From the NCBI GenBank assembly GCA_020724845.1, contig DYGE01000001.1, positions 1 to 56,217 of the forward strand: a DNA stretch of 56,217 bases, read 5' to 3'. Position numbers and translations under genes: made by a program. The notes under the pieces were generated by a model. The model had not been told where the DNA came from and ran no database searches. It saw only the letters and a list, made by a program, of their open reading frames with translations. Positions 24,769-32,412 of this stretch are shown here, piece by piece (the first letter of the stretch is position 1; the number at the start of each line of letters is the position of its first letter). Origin of the DNA: Candidatus Paceibacter sp. (lineage in GTDB: Bacteria > Patescibacteriota > Minisyncoccia > UBA6257 > 02-FULL-45-10c).

Positions 24769-24797
24769 ATTATAACGTACACATTTTACCTTGTCAA
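24769..24797 (-). promoter_or_regulatory. Consensus sigma70 promoter of the toxin-antitoxin operon
   Basis: Minus strand: TTGACA (24797..24792), 17 nt, TATAAT (24774..24769), then 8 nt before ATG 24760 (leaderless geometry). The palindrome ATGTACAT (24763-24770) and the GTACA repeats overlap the -10/TSS region. Confidence 0.6.
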
Positions 24798-24820
24798 TCA
24801 GCTCATTTTAAGGATATAAT
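24791..24820 (+). promoter_or_regulatory. Possible divergent promoter for the CYTH gene
   Basis: TTGTCA (24791-24796), 18 nt, TATAAT (24815-24820). Its -35 overlaps the -35 of the TA promoter on the other strand. Confidence 0.4.
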
Positions 24821-24910
24821 TTTTACTTGAATTTTTATGGAAGGGATTCAGTTTGCATAATTAAATATTTAGATTATTATAAGCTCGTGCATTGAAAATT
24901 GAAAGAGCGG

Positions 24911-25456
24911 ATGGCGAAAAAGGAGAATTTGGAAATTGAGCGGCGCTTCAAGCTGCGGGATAATTTTTCGGAAGCGGATCTGCCGAAGGGCCTGAAATAT
25001 AAGGTGTTTATCGTCTATCAAGATTATCTGAAGAAGCGCAAGAATGGCGGGAGGCGCCGGATACGCAGAATGTGGCAGCATAGCCCCAATTGTTCGGACC
25101 CAAATTATTTTTTTACGGAAAAGAAATCCACGCCATACTCCGGGACGAATATTGAAGATGAGAAGCGGATATCACTTAAAAAGTACCGAGCATTTTTTGC
25201 GCAACTTGATCCAACCAGGGAAACTGTGGAGAAAAAACGGATCGTGTTCTTCTGGAAGAGGCAGAAGTTTGAACTTGATATTTTTTGGGCTCCTCGCAGG
25301 TTACGCGGACTGGTTATTCTGGAAATTGAGCTTAAGAAACGGAATCAAAAGGTTGCCCTCCCCGACTTTCTGCTTTCTTCTATTGAGATGGAGATTACCG
25401 ACGTGCCTGGATATTCTAACGCCGATCTCGCCAAACGAAGAAAAACACCCTCATGA
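24911..25456 (+). CDS. CYTH-domain (triphosphate tunnel metalloenzyme) protein
   Basis: Start trimmed to ATG 24911. The N-terminus NLEIERRFKL matches the EIERKF signature that opens CYTH domains. A later ILEIELK strand is also present. Confidence 0.68.
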   Translation: MAKKENLEIERRFKLRDNFSEADLPKGLKYKVFIVYQDYLKKRKNGGRRRIRRMWQHSPNCSDPNYFFTEKKSTPYSGTNIEDEKRISLKKYRAFFAQLDPTRETVEKKRIVFFWKRQKFELDIFWAPRRLRGLVILEIELKKRNQKVALPDFLLSSIEMEITDVPGYSNADLAKRRKTPS

Positions 25457-25468
25457 TGGGTGTTTTTT
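25445..25468. terminator. Bidirectional terminator between CYTH gene and convergent unknown
   Basis: ACACCC (25445-25450) / GGGTGT (25458-25463), with an A-run before and TTTTTT after. The CYTH stop TGA lies in the loop. Confidence 0.6.
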
Positions 25469-25476
25469 AATGCGGA

Positions 25477-25926
25477 CTAAACTATGCGGTAAGGAAAAGG
25501 AAAGCATCGCTCGTCTCCGGTTATGGTGTCAAAGACAATGGTTACATTGGAAGGGTTATTCTGCCGATCAAAATCTATCTTAAAATTGCATCCAAGCTGC
25601 GGCATTCTGACCATGCTCCATTCATCAAGTTCGGAGTAAGCCACGTAATATAAGCTTTTTTCGTTTCCTCCGGTGAATAATTTTCTTTCCCAGAGGATAA
25701 AATAAGGGGCGCACAAACCAATCTGGCTATTTTTAGCGTAGCCAGCCATTGTCAGGCCCTCTCCCCTGTTTCCAGTTTCTTCATTGATATGCGCTTCAAT
25801 CGTACATACCCAGATTACGCCGTCTTTCTTCGGATTGGGTATTTTGACCTGAATAGTATCAAGTTTTTTCCAAGGTAGTCTGGTAAAATCCGGGATTTGG
25901 GATCCTCGCATGGCTCCCCTTTTCAA
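25477..25926 (-). CDS. Hypothetical protein (about 145-149 aa)
   Basis: TTG start in the track; an in-frame ATG at 25911 follows GGGGAG. No motif recognised. Confidence 0.5.
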   Translation of the reverse strand: MKRGAMRGSQIPDFTRLPWKKLDTIQVKIPNPKKDGVIWVCTIEAHINEETGNRGEGLTMAGYAKNSQIGLCAPYFILWERKLFTGGNEKSLYYVAYSELDEWSMVRMPQLGCNFKIDFDRQNNPSNVTIVFDTITGDERCFPFPYRIV

Positions 25927-25980
25927 GTAGTCGCCTATTATTAAAATAATCTACTAGCCAGCCAAAATCAAATGTTGCTA

Positions 25981-26009
25981 TTGACTTATGAGGGATATTA
26001 TTGTAATAT
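25981..26009 (+). promoter_or_regulatory. Putative sigma70 promoter of the MBL hydrolase gene
   Basis: TTGACT (25981-25986), 17 nt, TAATAT (26004-26009). AAAGGAGGAAGC RBS before ATG 26050. Confidence 0.5.
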
Positions 26010-26049
26010 AGTACAAACTGATGTTTGAAAAATCTCAAAGGAGGAAGCT

Positions 26050-27051
26050 ATGAAAGTGAGGTTCTGGGGCGTGCGGGGCAGCGTTTGCTCCTCATTAACG
26101 GCGGCGCAGGTTAATCAGAAGCTTTTTAATGTCATGAATGATTACGATACCATGCGTATGGCCTATCGTGATCCGCGGACGAATTATAAGGACTTCCTAA
26201 GCCAGCTTCCTTTTTGGAAGCGCGGTACTTACGGTGGCAACACCTCTTGCGTTGAGGTGGATTGCGGCAACGAGAGGATCATCTTAGACATGGGAACCGG
26301 GCTTCGGCCTTTGGGGAATTCCCTGTTCAAGGAAATGTTCGATAAGAAGGGCTTGCGGCTGTCGTTTCTCTTATCGCACGTTCACTGGGATCATATCCAG
26401 GGGCTGCCTTTTTTCGGCCCGCTATACGTCAACAAAGAGACCGGCATTCGTAACTCCCTGAATTTCTATGGGGGTACGAACTGGATGAAGCAGGTTGAGC
26501 CCTGCCTTCGGATGCAGATGGATCCGCCGAATTTTCCGGTTTCCTGGGAGGAGATCCGCAGGATCACCCATGAACTGGTCGGTTCGGACGTTTACGACAT
26601 GATGAACTTTTTGATCGGCGGAGTGAGCGTCAAGGCGAGGAAGCTTAATCATCCGCAAGAAACCTACGGCTGGCGCCTAGAGCATAAGGGCAGAGTGGTC
26701 GTCTATACCACGGACAACGAACCGTACGATCCGCTGTTCCCCGATCCAAAGCTGCTGGACCTTGCCAAGGGCGCCGATCTTTGGATTACGGACTGCCAGT
26801 ACACCAAAGAGGTCTATGAGGGCAAGGTTGGCGGAGTGCCGCGGCATGGCTGGGGCCATTCCTATCCGGAAGCGGTCGCCCAAACCGCCCTTCAGGCCAA
26901 CGTGAAGAAAGTCGTTCTTTTCCATCATGATCCCGGGTCTTCCGATCGGGACATCTATGACATGGAAGAGAGAGTCAGGAAATTGGTCCAAGCCGGCGGC
27001 GGGAAGTCAGAGGTGGAAGCCGCTTGGGAAGGGCTGGAGATCGTTCTTTAA
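26050..27051 (+). CDS. Metallo-beta-lactamase-fold hydrolase
   Basis: MKVRFWGVRGS N-terminus and LLSHVHWDHIQGLPFF (HxHxDH). GC-richer than the core genes. Confidence 0.85.
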   Translation: MKVRFWGVRGSVCSSLTAAQVNQKLFNVMNDYDTMRMAYRDPRTNYKDFLSQLPFWKRGTYGGNTSCVEVDCGNERIILDMGTGLRPLGNSLFKEMFDKKGLRLSFLLSHVHWDHIQGLPFFGPLYVNKETGIRNSLNFYGGTNWMKQVEPCLRMQMDPPNFPVSWEEIRRITHELVGSDVYDMMNFLIGGVSVKARKLNHPQETYGWRLEHKGRVVVYTTDNEPYDPLFPDPKLLDLAKGADLWITDCQYTKEVYEGKVGGVPRHGWGHSYPEAVAQTALQANVKKVVLFHHDPGSSDRDIYDMEERVRKLVQAGGGKSEVEAAWEGLEIVL

Positions 27052-27060
27052 TTCAATGCA

Positions 27061-27094
27061 ACGGCTCCGACGTAACGTCGGAGCCGTCTTTTTT
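27061..27094 (+). terminator. Rho-independent terminator of the MBL gene
   Basis: 12-bp perfect stem ACGGCTCCGACG / CGTCGGAGCCGT with a 3-nt loop, followed by CTTTTTT. Confidence 0.85.
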
Positions 27095-27160
27095 ATCCCA
27101 CACATAACTAAGATTAGCGCCATGGGCGCAAGTTTTAGCTATCTTAGTTATGTGTGGGAT
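27095..27160. repeat. 66-bp element with perfect 20-bp terminal inverted repeats
   Basis: ATCCCACACATAACTAAGAT (27095-27114) and its exact reverse complement (27141-27160). The 26-nt spacer contains a nested GCGCC-ATG-GGCGC hairpin. Confidence 0.8.
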
Positions 27161-27161
27161 T

Positions 27162-27716
27162 TTATTTAAGCACAAACCGCCATCTTTTTTTGCTCCAGGT
27201 CGGTCCGGCGTAAGCCACGCCGATTCGAGGAGTAGATTCGATTTGTGAGGCCTTAGTCTTAATTCCTCTATCTTCTATCCAGAGGCCAGATTTTTTATTA
27301 GCCGGTTTGCCATTTAGTTTCCCATCTATGTACAATGCTTTTGTAAGTTTTGCCGGCCCATCTAATAATGTTGTCCTTTGACTTCGCTTAGGATGCGCAA
27401 TTCTAATACTTCGTATTAAAATTGCTGACGGGTAATTTGTCGGACCGGTTACGATATTAAGCAGCCAATGCATTCCGTAGGTGAAGTAAACATACCAATG
27501 GCCGGCCGGCCCGAACATCACTTTATTGCGTTCGGTTTTGCCGCGATGGGCGTGAGATGCCTTATCGCTAAAGCCGGTATAAGCTTCAACTTCGGTGATT
27601 AAGCAGGCTGAAGTTTTGCCGCGGTAGCGGCGTACTAAGAATTTTCCAAGCAGACCGCGGGCTAGCGCCACGGTGTTTTTCTTCTGAAAATATTTTTGGG
27701 ACAGTATTTTTTGCAC
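27162..27716 (-). CDS. mpg: DNA-3-methyladenine glycosylase (Mpg/AAG family)
   Basis: ALARGLLGKFLVRR...ITEVEAYTG..DKASHA...RN.VMFGPAGHWYVYFTYGMHWLLNIVT is the Mpg family pattern. Confidence 0.88.
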   Translation of the reverse strand: MQKILSQKYFQKKNTVALARGLLGKFLVRRYRGKTSACLITEVEAYTGFSDKASHAHRGKTERNKVMFGPAGHWYVYFTYGMHWLLNIVTGPTNYPSAILIRSIRIAHPKRSQRTTLLDGPAKLTKALYIDGKLNGKPANKKSGLWIEDRGIKTKASQIESTPRIGVAYAGPTWSKKRWRFVLK

Positions 27717-28087
27717 TATAAAATATTTTCTTTAGACAAATCTTCCAGTATGTCGTCCGGTATCGGTATTTCATTGCCTTTAGGGCTTACTCCCGGATAT
27801 CTCCAGGCGCTGATAACAGTGGCCTTTGACAATTGACCTTTGCCTGCCCGGCCAGGGACAGCTGACTTTTTTTGCTGAAACATTACCCAGACTTCCTGTT
27901 TTCGCTTGGGAGTATCGTTTCTTTTCATTACCGCCAAAGTGTTCGGCGCGATCCCCTCTTCTTTTCTATCCGGGTTTTTCATGATGGTTTTGATTTTCTG
28001 CCCTGATAAGCGGTACTGAATCATCTTGTTTTTCACATGCTGGGTCCAGGAATGGTTTTTATCGTTTTTAGGAAATTTGAAAAGCAT
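27716..28087 (-). CDS. Hypothetical protein (123 aa)
   Basis: Clean ORF whose stop overlaps the mpg start. No motif recognised. Confidence 0.5.
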   Translation of the reverse strand: MLFKFPKNDKNHSWTQHVKNKMIQYRLSGQKIKTIMKNPDRKEEGIAPNTLAVMKRNDTPKRKQEVWVMFQQKKSAVPGRAGKGQLSKATVISAWRYPGVSPKGNEIPIPDDILEDLSKENIL

Positions 28088-28130
28088 TGATATATGACTT
28101 ATGACTTGTTACTCAGTATAATATAAATAT

Positions 28131-30038
28131 ATGAATAAATATCTAACATTACCAGCAGTTTTGGTTATTTTGATGTTAGCGATCGCCGGCAGTTTTATGG
28201 CGAGCGCAGCTTTGGGAGATTCGGCTATTTTTGATGAAACGGCGCATATTGTCGCCGGCTATACTTATGTTAAGCATCTGGATTACAGGTTTAATCCAGA
28301 ACACCCGCCGCTTGTGAAAACGTTGGCCGGGCTGCCGTTATTATTTTTGGACTTGGATTTTTCTTTAGAAAAAGGATATTGGGGCGGCATTAATGAGCAA
28401 TGGTGGGCCGGAAACGAATTTTTGTACCAATCCGGGAATGATGCCGATCAGATAATCGCCTGGGCGAGGCTTGGGCCGATATTATTGGCGCTTATTCTAA
28501 TTGCCTTTACTTACTTTTGGGCCAGGCAATTGGTTGGTCGCTGGTGGGCTTTGCTACCGGCTTTTTTGGTCGCGTTCTCTCCGATAGTCCTAGCGCACGG
28601 CCATTACGTTACTACTGATGTCGGGGCAACGCTGGGCATTATGCTATCCATTTATTTCTTTTTGAAATATTTATTTCAGCCGAATAGAGACAATTTGGTT
28701 TACGCCGGCCTGGCTTTCGGCCTTGCCCAAGCAATCAAGTTTTCGGCCGTCCTGCTTATCCCGTACTTTTTTCTGACAGCTATAATTTTTTATTTTATAA
28801 ATCACGTCTACAAGGACGAAGCGGAACTTTCTATAGAAGGCGAGGGTTTGGATTTCCATTACGAATACAAGATAGAAGCGAGGAATGGAAAGCCGTGGTA
28901 TTGGTATGTAGGCAAGACTGCTTTGATAATGGTTATCGGCTATGTTTTGATCGTTTATCCCTTGTATGCGCTAACTACCTGGAATTATCCGATTGGCAAG
29001 CAAGTCATTGATACCCAGGCCAATATCCAGAATTTTGCCGTCAGGCCGCTAGCCGATCTGAATGTCTGGATCTCCGGCAACAAGATTCTGCGCCCGTTCG
29101 GAGAGTATATGCTGGGCGTGTTGATGGTACTTCAAAGATCAGCCGGAGGAAACAATGCTTTTTTCCTTGGGCAGCTTTCTTCGCAGGGCTGGTGGTATTA
29201 TTTCCCCCTAGCGTATCTTATGAAGGAGCCGCTTCCTATTCTTATTATCTTGCTCATGGCCTTCAAGATAGGGTTATGGAATATTTTAACCTCCTTTAAA
29301 CATGGTTTGAAAAAGGCCCTTCATAGGCTTCGGGAATACGCCTCCATGCATTTTACGGAATTAGCTTTATTATTGTTTATTGGCATTTATTGGCTTAGCA
29401 GCGTTAGCAGTCCGCTCAATATCGGCGTCAGGCACATTCTGCCGACTTTGCCCATGATTTATATATTGGCGGCGGGAGCTTTGAGGAAATGGTTTGTTTT
29501 GCAGCCGGTAGACATCACTTTGACATTATTGGATCGTTTGGAAAATTATATACATACCGTCTTTAGTTTTTGGGTTAAGATCACCGTTCTGGGCGCGTTG
29601 GTAATTTGGCTGGCCATTGAAACTTCTCTTGCCGCTCCTTATTTCTTATCTTACTTCAATAATGTCTCCGGTTGGCGGGAGAACGGATTCTACTATATAA
29701 CCGACTCTAATTTTGATTGGGGCCAGGATTTAAAGCGTTTGGCCATATGGGTAGATGAAAATCTTCCTCAAGAAAGCAAAATCGCGGTAGATTATTTCGG
29801 CGGCGGCGATGCGGCTTATTATCTCGGCGACCGGTTTGTGCCCTGGCATTCGGCTAAGGGGGATCCGAGAAATGAAGAGATTGAATGGCTGGCTATTTCG
29901 GCGAATACGCTGTCGGGAGCGCTGGCGGAACCGATTGCCGGGTTTTACAAAAACCCTGCCGATGAGTACCGCTGGCTGGAGCGGCCTTACCGGTTTACCG
30001 ACAGGGCAGGTACATCAATATTTATTTATAAGCTATGA
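28131..30038 (+). CDS. GT39/ArnT-like polyprenyl-phosphate-dependent glycosyltransferase
   Basis: Multi-TM protein with FDETAHIVAGY...EHPPLVKTLAGLPL near the N-terminus, typical of the PMT_2/phospholipid-carrier-dependent GT-C family. Confidence 0.83.
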   Translation: MNKYLTLPAVLVILMLAIAGSFMASAALGDSAIFDETAHIVAGYTYVKHLDYRFNPEHPPLVKTLAGLPLLFLDLDFSLEKGYWGGINEQWWAGNEFLYQSGNDADQIIAWARLGPILLALILIAFTYFWARQLVGRWWALLPAFLVAFSPIVLAHGHYVTTDVGATLGIMLSIYFFLKYLFQPNRDNLVYAGLAFGLAQAIKFSAVLLIPYFFLTAIIFYFINHVYKDEAELSIEGEGLDFHYEYKIEARNGKPWYWYVGKTALIMVIGYVLIVYPLYALTTWNYPIGKQVIDTQANIQNFAVRPLADLNVWISGNKILRPFGEYMLGVLMVLQRSAGGNNAFFLGQLSSQGWWYYFPLAYLMKEPLPILIILLMAFKIGLWNILTSFKHGLKKALHRLREYASMHFTELALLLFIGIYWLSSVSSPLNIGVRHILPTLPMIYILAAGALRKWFVLQPVDITLTLLDRLENYIHTVFSFWVKITVLGALVIWLAIETSLAAPYFLSYFNNVSGWRENGFYYITDSNFDWGQDLKRLAIWVDENLPQESKIAVDYFGGGDAAYYLGDRFVPWHSAKGDPRNEEIEWLAISANTLSGALAEPIAGFYKNPADEYRWLERPYRFTDRAGTSIFIYKL

Positions 30039-30046
30039 GCGGAAAG

Positions 30047-30829
30047 CTAGAAATTCTTGTAGTAAAGGCGATTCTCTACCCTAAGGTCTACGTAGTCTAT
30101 CTTGCTGAAAGAAGTTTTTTCCTCCAGGGACTTTAATGAGTTCAAGTTCGAGGTCGGATCAAATCGGATGCTTAAAAGCAGATCTGGCCCTGAGTAAGTC
30201 TCAACTCGGAGCTCTTGCAGCCTTTCGTCAAAGAGTATCTTTTTCACCGGCAATCTCATCGCGGAGATTCCTTTTAGGGCCTTTATAATATTTTCTATGA
30301 ATCTTTGTTCTGAAATGCCTAACCCTTTAATGGAGGTTTTTTTGCTGTTGCTGAACACGGTTAAAATCAGCGATCCCTCTGTTTCGGGGGCTTCCTCAAA
30401 CATTATCCCGTTCTCATCTATCCAATAACAGTTATTATATTGATCGCACCAAATTGCCAATCGCTCCCTTTCTTTTATCTGGATTGAGACAGTCTGGCGT
30501 ATCCAGTCTCTGCTTACCTGCGCTTCCAAAAGGGCGGTTTTAGAAACGTCTAGGTCTTTTTCCTGCCAGATAAGCAGATTTTTGATTCCAAGAAAGGCGC
30601 CCATTTTCCCCCGGATCACTATCGGCCGTACTATATTGAGGACGCTTTGGTCTGACAGTCTTTTCGCGCCCGCGATTTCAAATTCCCGAATTTGGAAAAC
30701 TGGGGAATATGCCAAGATGTAAAAAATCAAAGCGAAGATTAGAAGCAGAATTAGCAGACCTAAATAAAGCTTAAGGCGGAAATCCCTTTTTTGCCTGCCG
30801 GAATTGTGTTGATCCAAATATGACTGCAT
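30047..30829 (-). CDS. ftsQ: FtsQ/DivIB-type cell-division protein (POTRA)
   Basis: Single N-terminal TM helix followed by the POTRA-like segment FQIREFEIAGAKRLSDQSVLNIV. The size is typical for the family. Confidence 0.75.
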   Translation of the reverse strand: MQSYLDQHNSGRQKRDFRLKLYLGLLILLLIFALIFYILAYSPVFQIREFEIAGAKRLSDQSVLNIVRPIVIRGKMGAFLGIKNLLIWQEKDLDVSKTALLEAQVSRDWIRQTVSIQIKERERLAIWCDQYNNCYWIDENGIMFEEAPETEGSLILTVFSNSKKTSIKGLGISEQRFIENIIKALKGISAMRLPVKKILFDERLQELRVETYSGPDLLLSIRFDPTSNLNSLKSLEEKTSFSKIDYVDLRVENRLYYKNF

Positions 30830-30839
30830 TTATTAAACC

Positions 30840-31988
30840 TTACACAACCACTCTTTTAATTAACGGGTTTATATTAGTTGTTAGCTCGTAATGAATGGTT
30901 CCTATTTTTTGCGCTACATCAAAGGCTGATATTTCTTCGTCTTTCCCTGACCGGGCAGGCTGCCTCCCGACAATGGTGGCTTTATCTCCGACTTTGCAAG
31001 GAATCTTGCCGAGATTAACGGCAACCAGATCCATAGAAACTCTGCCCAGAACTCTTGCTCGGCATCCGTTTACCAGCACTTCGCCGATGCCGGAAAGCGA
31101 TCTCGGGAATCCGTGCCAATAGCCTACGGGCAGTATTCCAAGCCGGGTTTTTTTAGGGATGCGTTCTACCAGATCGTAGCCTACGAAATCGCCCGCCTGC
31201 AAATTTTTTACTTCGCTGATTACGGTGTGCCAGGATAAAACCGGCTTTAGCTCAAGGTCTTTTCCACGCTGCATGTATAGCTCTTTTGAAGGCCAGAGAC
31301 CATACAGGCCGATGCCTATTCTTACGGCGCTAAGATGATATCTTGAATCTATTAAAGTCCCGCCGGTAGCGGAAGTGTGAAAGTCAATATTTTTGAACCC
31401 GGATTTTTTAAGTTTTGCGGCCGCTTCAGTAAAGCAATGGAACTGTGAATTGGTGTAAGTCGGATAATTTATATCTTTAGCGGAGGCAAAATGGGTATAG
31501 GCGCCAGTTAGTTTAGTTCGTAGCCCGTAGTTCGTAGTGCGTAGCAATTTAATAACCTTCGGCAAATCTTTCAGGTAAAATCCTTGGCGGTGCATTCCTG
31601 TGTCTATTTTTAAATGGAATTTCGGCGGGTTTTTGATTTTTTTAAGCTTATTCAAAGTATCAAAGTTTGATACGGTAATGGTAATATCTTCGTTCTCCGC
31701 GGCCTTAAAGAGGCTCGGGAATAAAGTAGGCCCTAGGACTAAAATTGGCTTTTTAATGCCATTTTGGCGCAGTTTTAGGCCTTCTGCGACGCTATCTACG
31801 CAAAAGCCGTCAACTCCCCCTTCTTGCCCTACTATCGTGGAAAAAGCCGAAAGGCCGTGCCCATAGGCATTGGATTTAACCACCGACCAAAGTTTAGTTT
31901 TTGGGCCTAAAAAATCGCGAAAAGTTCGCAAATTATGTTTTGCCGCTTTCTTATTAATTTCTACCCAGGTTTTGAAATCGGTAGACAT
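30840..31988 (-). CDS. alr: Alanine racemase
   Basis: PLP-lysine motif VVKSNAYGHGL and C-terminal VSMDLVAVNL...GTIHYEL pattern. Confidence 0.92.
   Translation of the reverse strand: MSTDFKTWVEINKKAAKHNLRTFRDFLGPKTKLWSVVKSNAYGHGLSAFSTIVGQEGGVDGFCVDSVAEGLKLRQNGIKKPILVLGPTLFPSLFKAAENEDITITVSNFDTLNKLKKIKNPPKFHLKIDTGMHRQGFYLKDLPKVIKLLRTTNYGLRTKLTGAYTHFASAKDINYPTYTNSQFHCFTEAAAKLKKSGFKNIDFHTSATGGTLIDSRYHLSAVRIGIGLYGLWPSKELYMQRGKDLELKPVLSWHTVISEVKNLQAGDFVGYDLVERIPKKTRLGILPVGYWHGFPRSLSGIGEVLVNGCRARVLGRVSMDLVAVNLGKIPCKVGDKATIVGRQPARSGKDEEISAFDVAQKIGTIHYELTTNINPLIKRVVV
31514..31548. repeat. Heptanucleotide tandem array (TAGNNCG x4-5), in frame inside alr
   Basis: TAGTTCG TAGCCCG TAGTTCG TAGTGCG TAGCAAT with a strict 7-bp period. 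The coding strand reads CTACGAA-type units, translated as ...LRTTNYGLRTKL... Confidence 0.9.
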
Positions 31989-32066
31989 GGTAATAAATTT
32001 ATTATACTTTATATATAAGCCCTTTTAAATAAGCCCGCAAGGCGCTCTGCAATGGGAAGGTAAGCG

Positions 32067-32381
32067 ATGACCGGCTACGGCAAAACCTTACTGATGATTT
32101 CCGTATTAGATATGATAGTAACTATTCTTGGCATTCATTACGGCCTGATCGAAGAGGCGAATTTCTTTATGCGTTGGCACCTGGAGCAGGGCGGGATTCT
32201 TCTGTTTGCTTCAGTAAAGCTGTTGATAACCGCGATAAGCATTCTTTGTTTTGAGACTGTGTTTGAGAAAGAACTTATGAGCCGGATAAAAATGAAAAGG
32301 TATTATATTGCCGCGATACTGCTTTATGTTCTGCTTTATATCGTATCCATTCTTGCCGTACACCGGGAAGTTATCTTATAA
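32067..32381 (+). CDS. Small membrane protein (DUF5658-like)
   Basis: Three to four TM segments. ISVLDMIVTILGIHYGLIEEANFFM resembles the D..T......G..E.N motif of DUF5658. Confidence 0.55.
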   Translation: MTGYGKTLLMISVLDMIVTILGIHYGLIEEANFFMRWHLEQGGILLFASVKLLITAISILCFETVFEKELMSRIKMKRYYIAAILLYVLLYIVSILAVHREVIL

Positions 32382-32387
32382 ATAACT

Positions 32388-32412
32388 AAAAACCGCTTCA
32401 AAAGCGGTTTTA
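32388..32412. terminator. Bidirectional rho-independent terminator
   Basis: AAAACCGCTT (32389-32398) / AAGCGGTTTT (32402-32411) with a 3-nt loop. It lies between convergent genes, and the serS stop overlaps the T-run. Confidence 0.78.

Noticed and set aside
24869-25583. ORFs 24869..25081 (-) and 25044..25583 (+, 179 aa)
   Set aside because: Both overlap the CYTH-domain frame, which has a clear family signature. The 179-aa frame is Arg/Gly/Trp/Cys-rich and crosses the terminator.
27586-27774. 62-aa minus-strand ORF spanning the mpg start region
   Set aside because: It is out of frame with, and overlapped by, the mpg gene and the upstream 123-aa gene. It has no independent signals.
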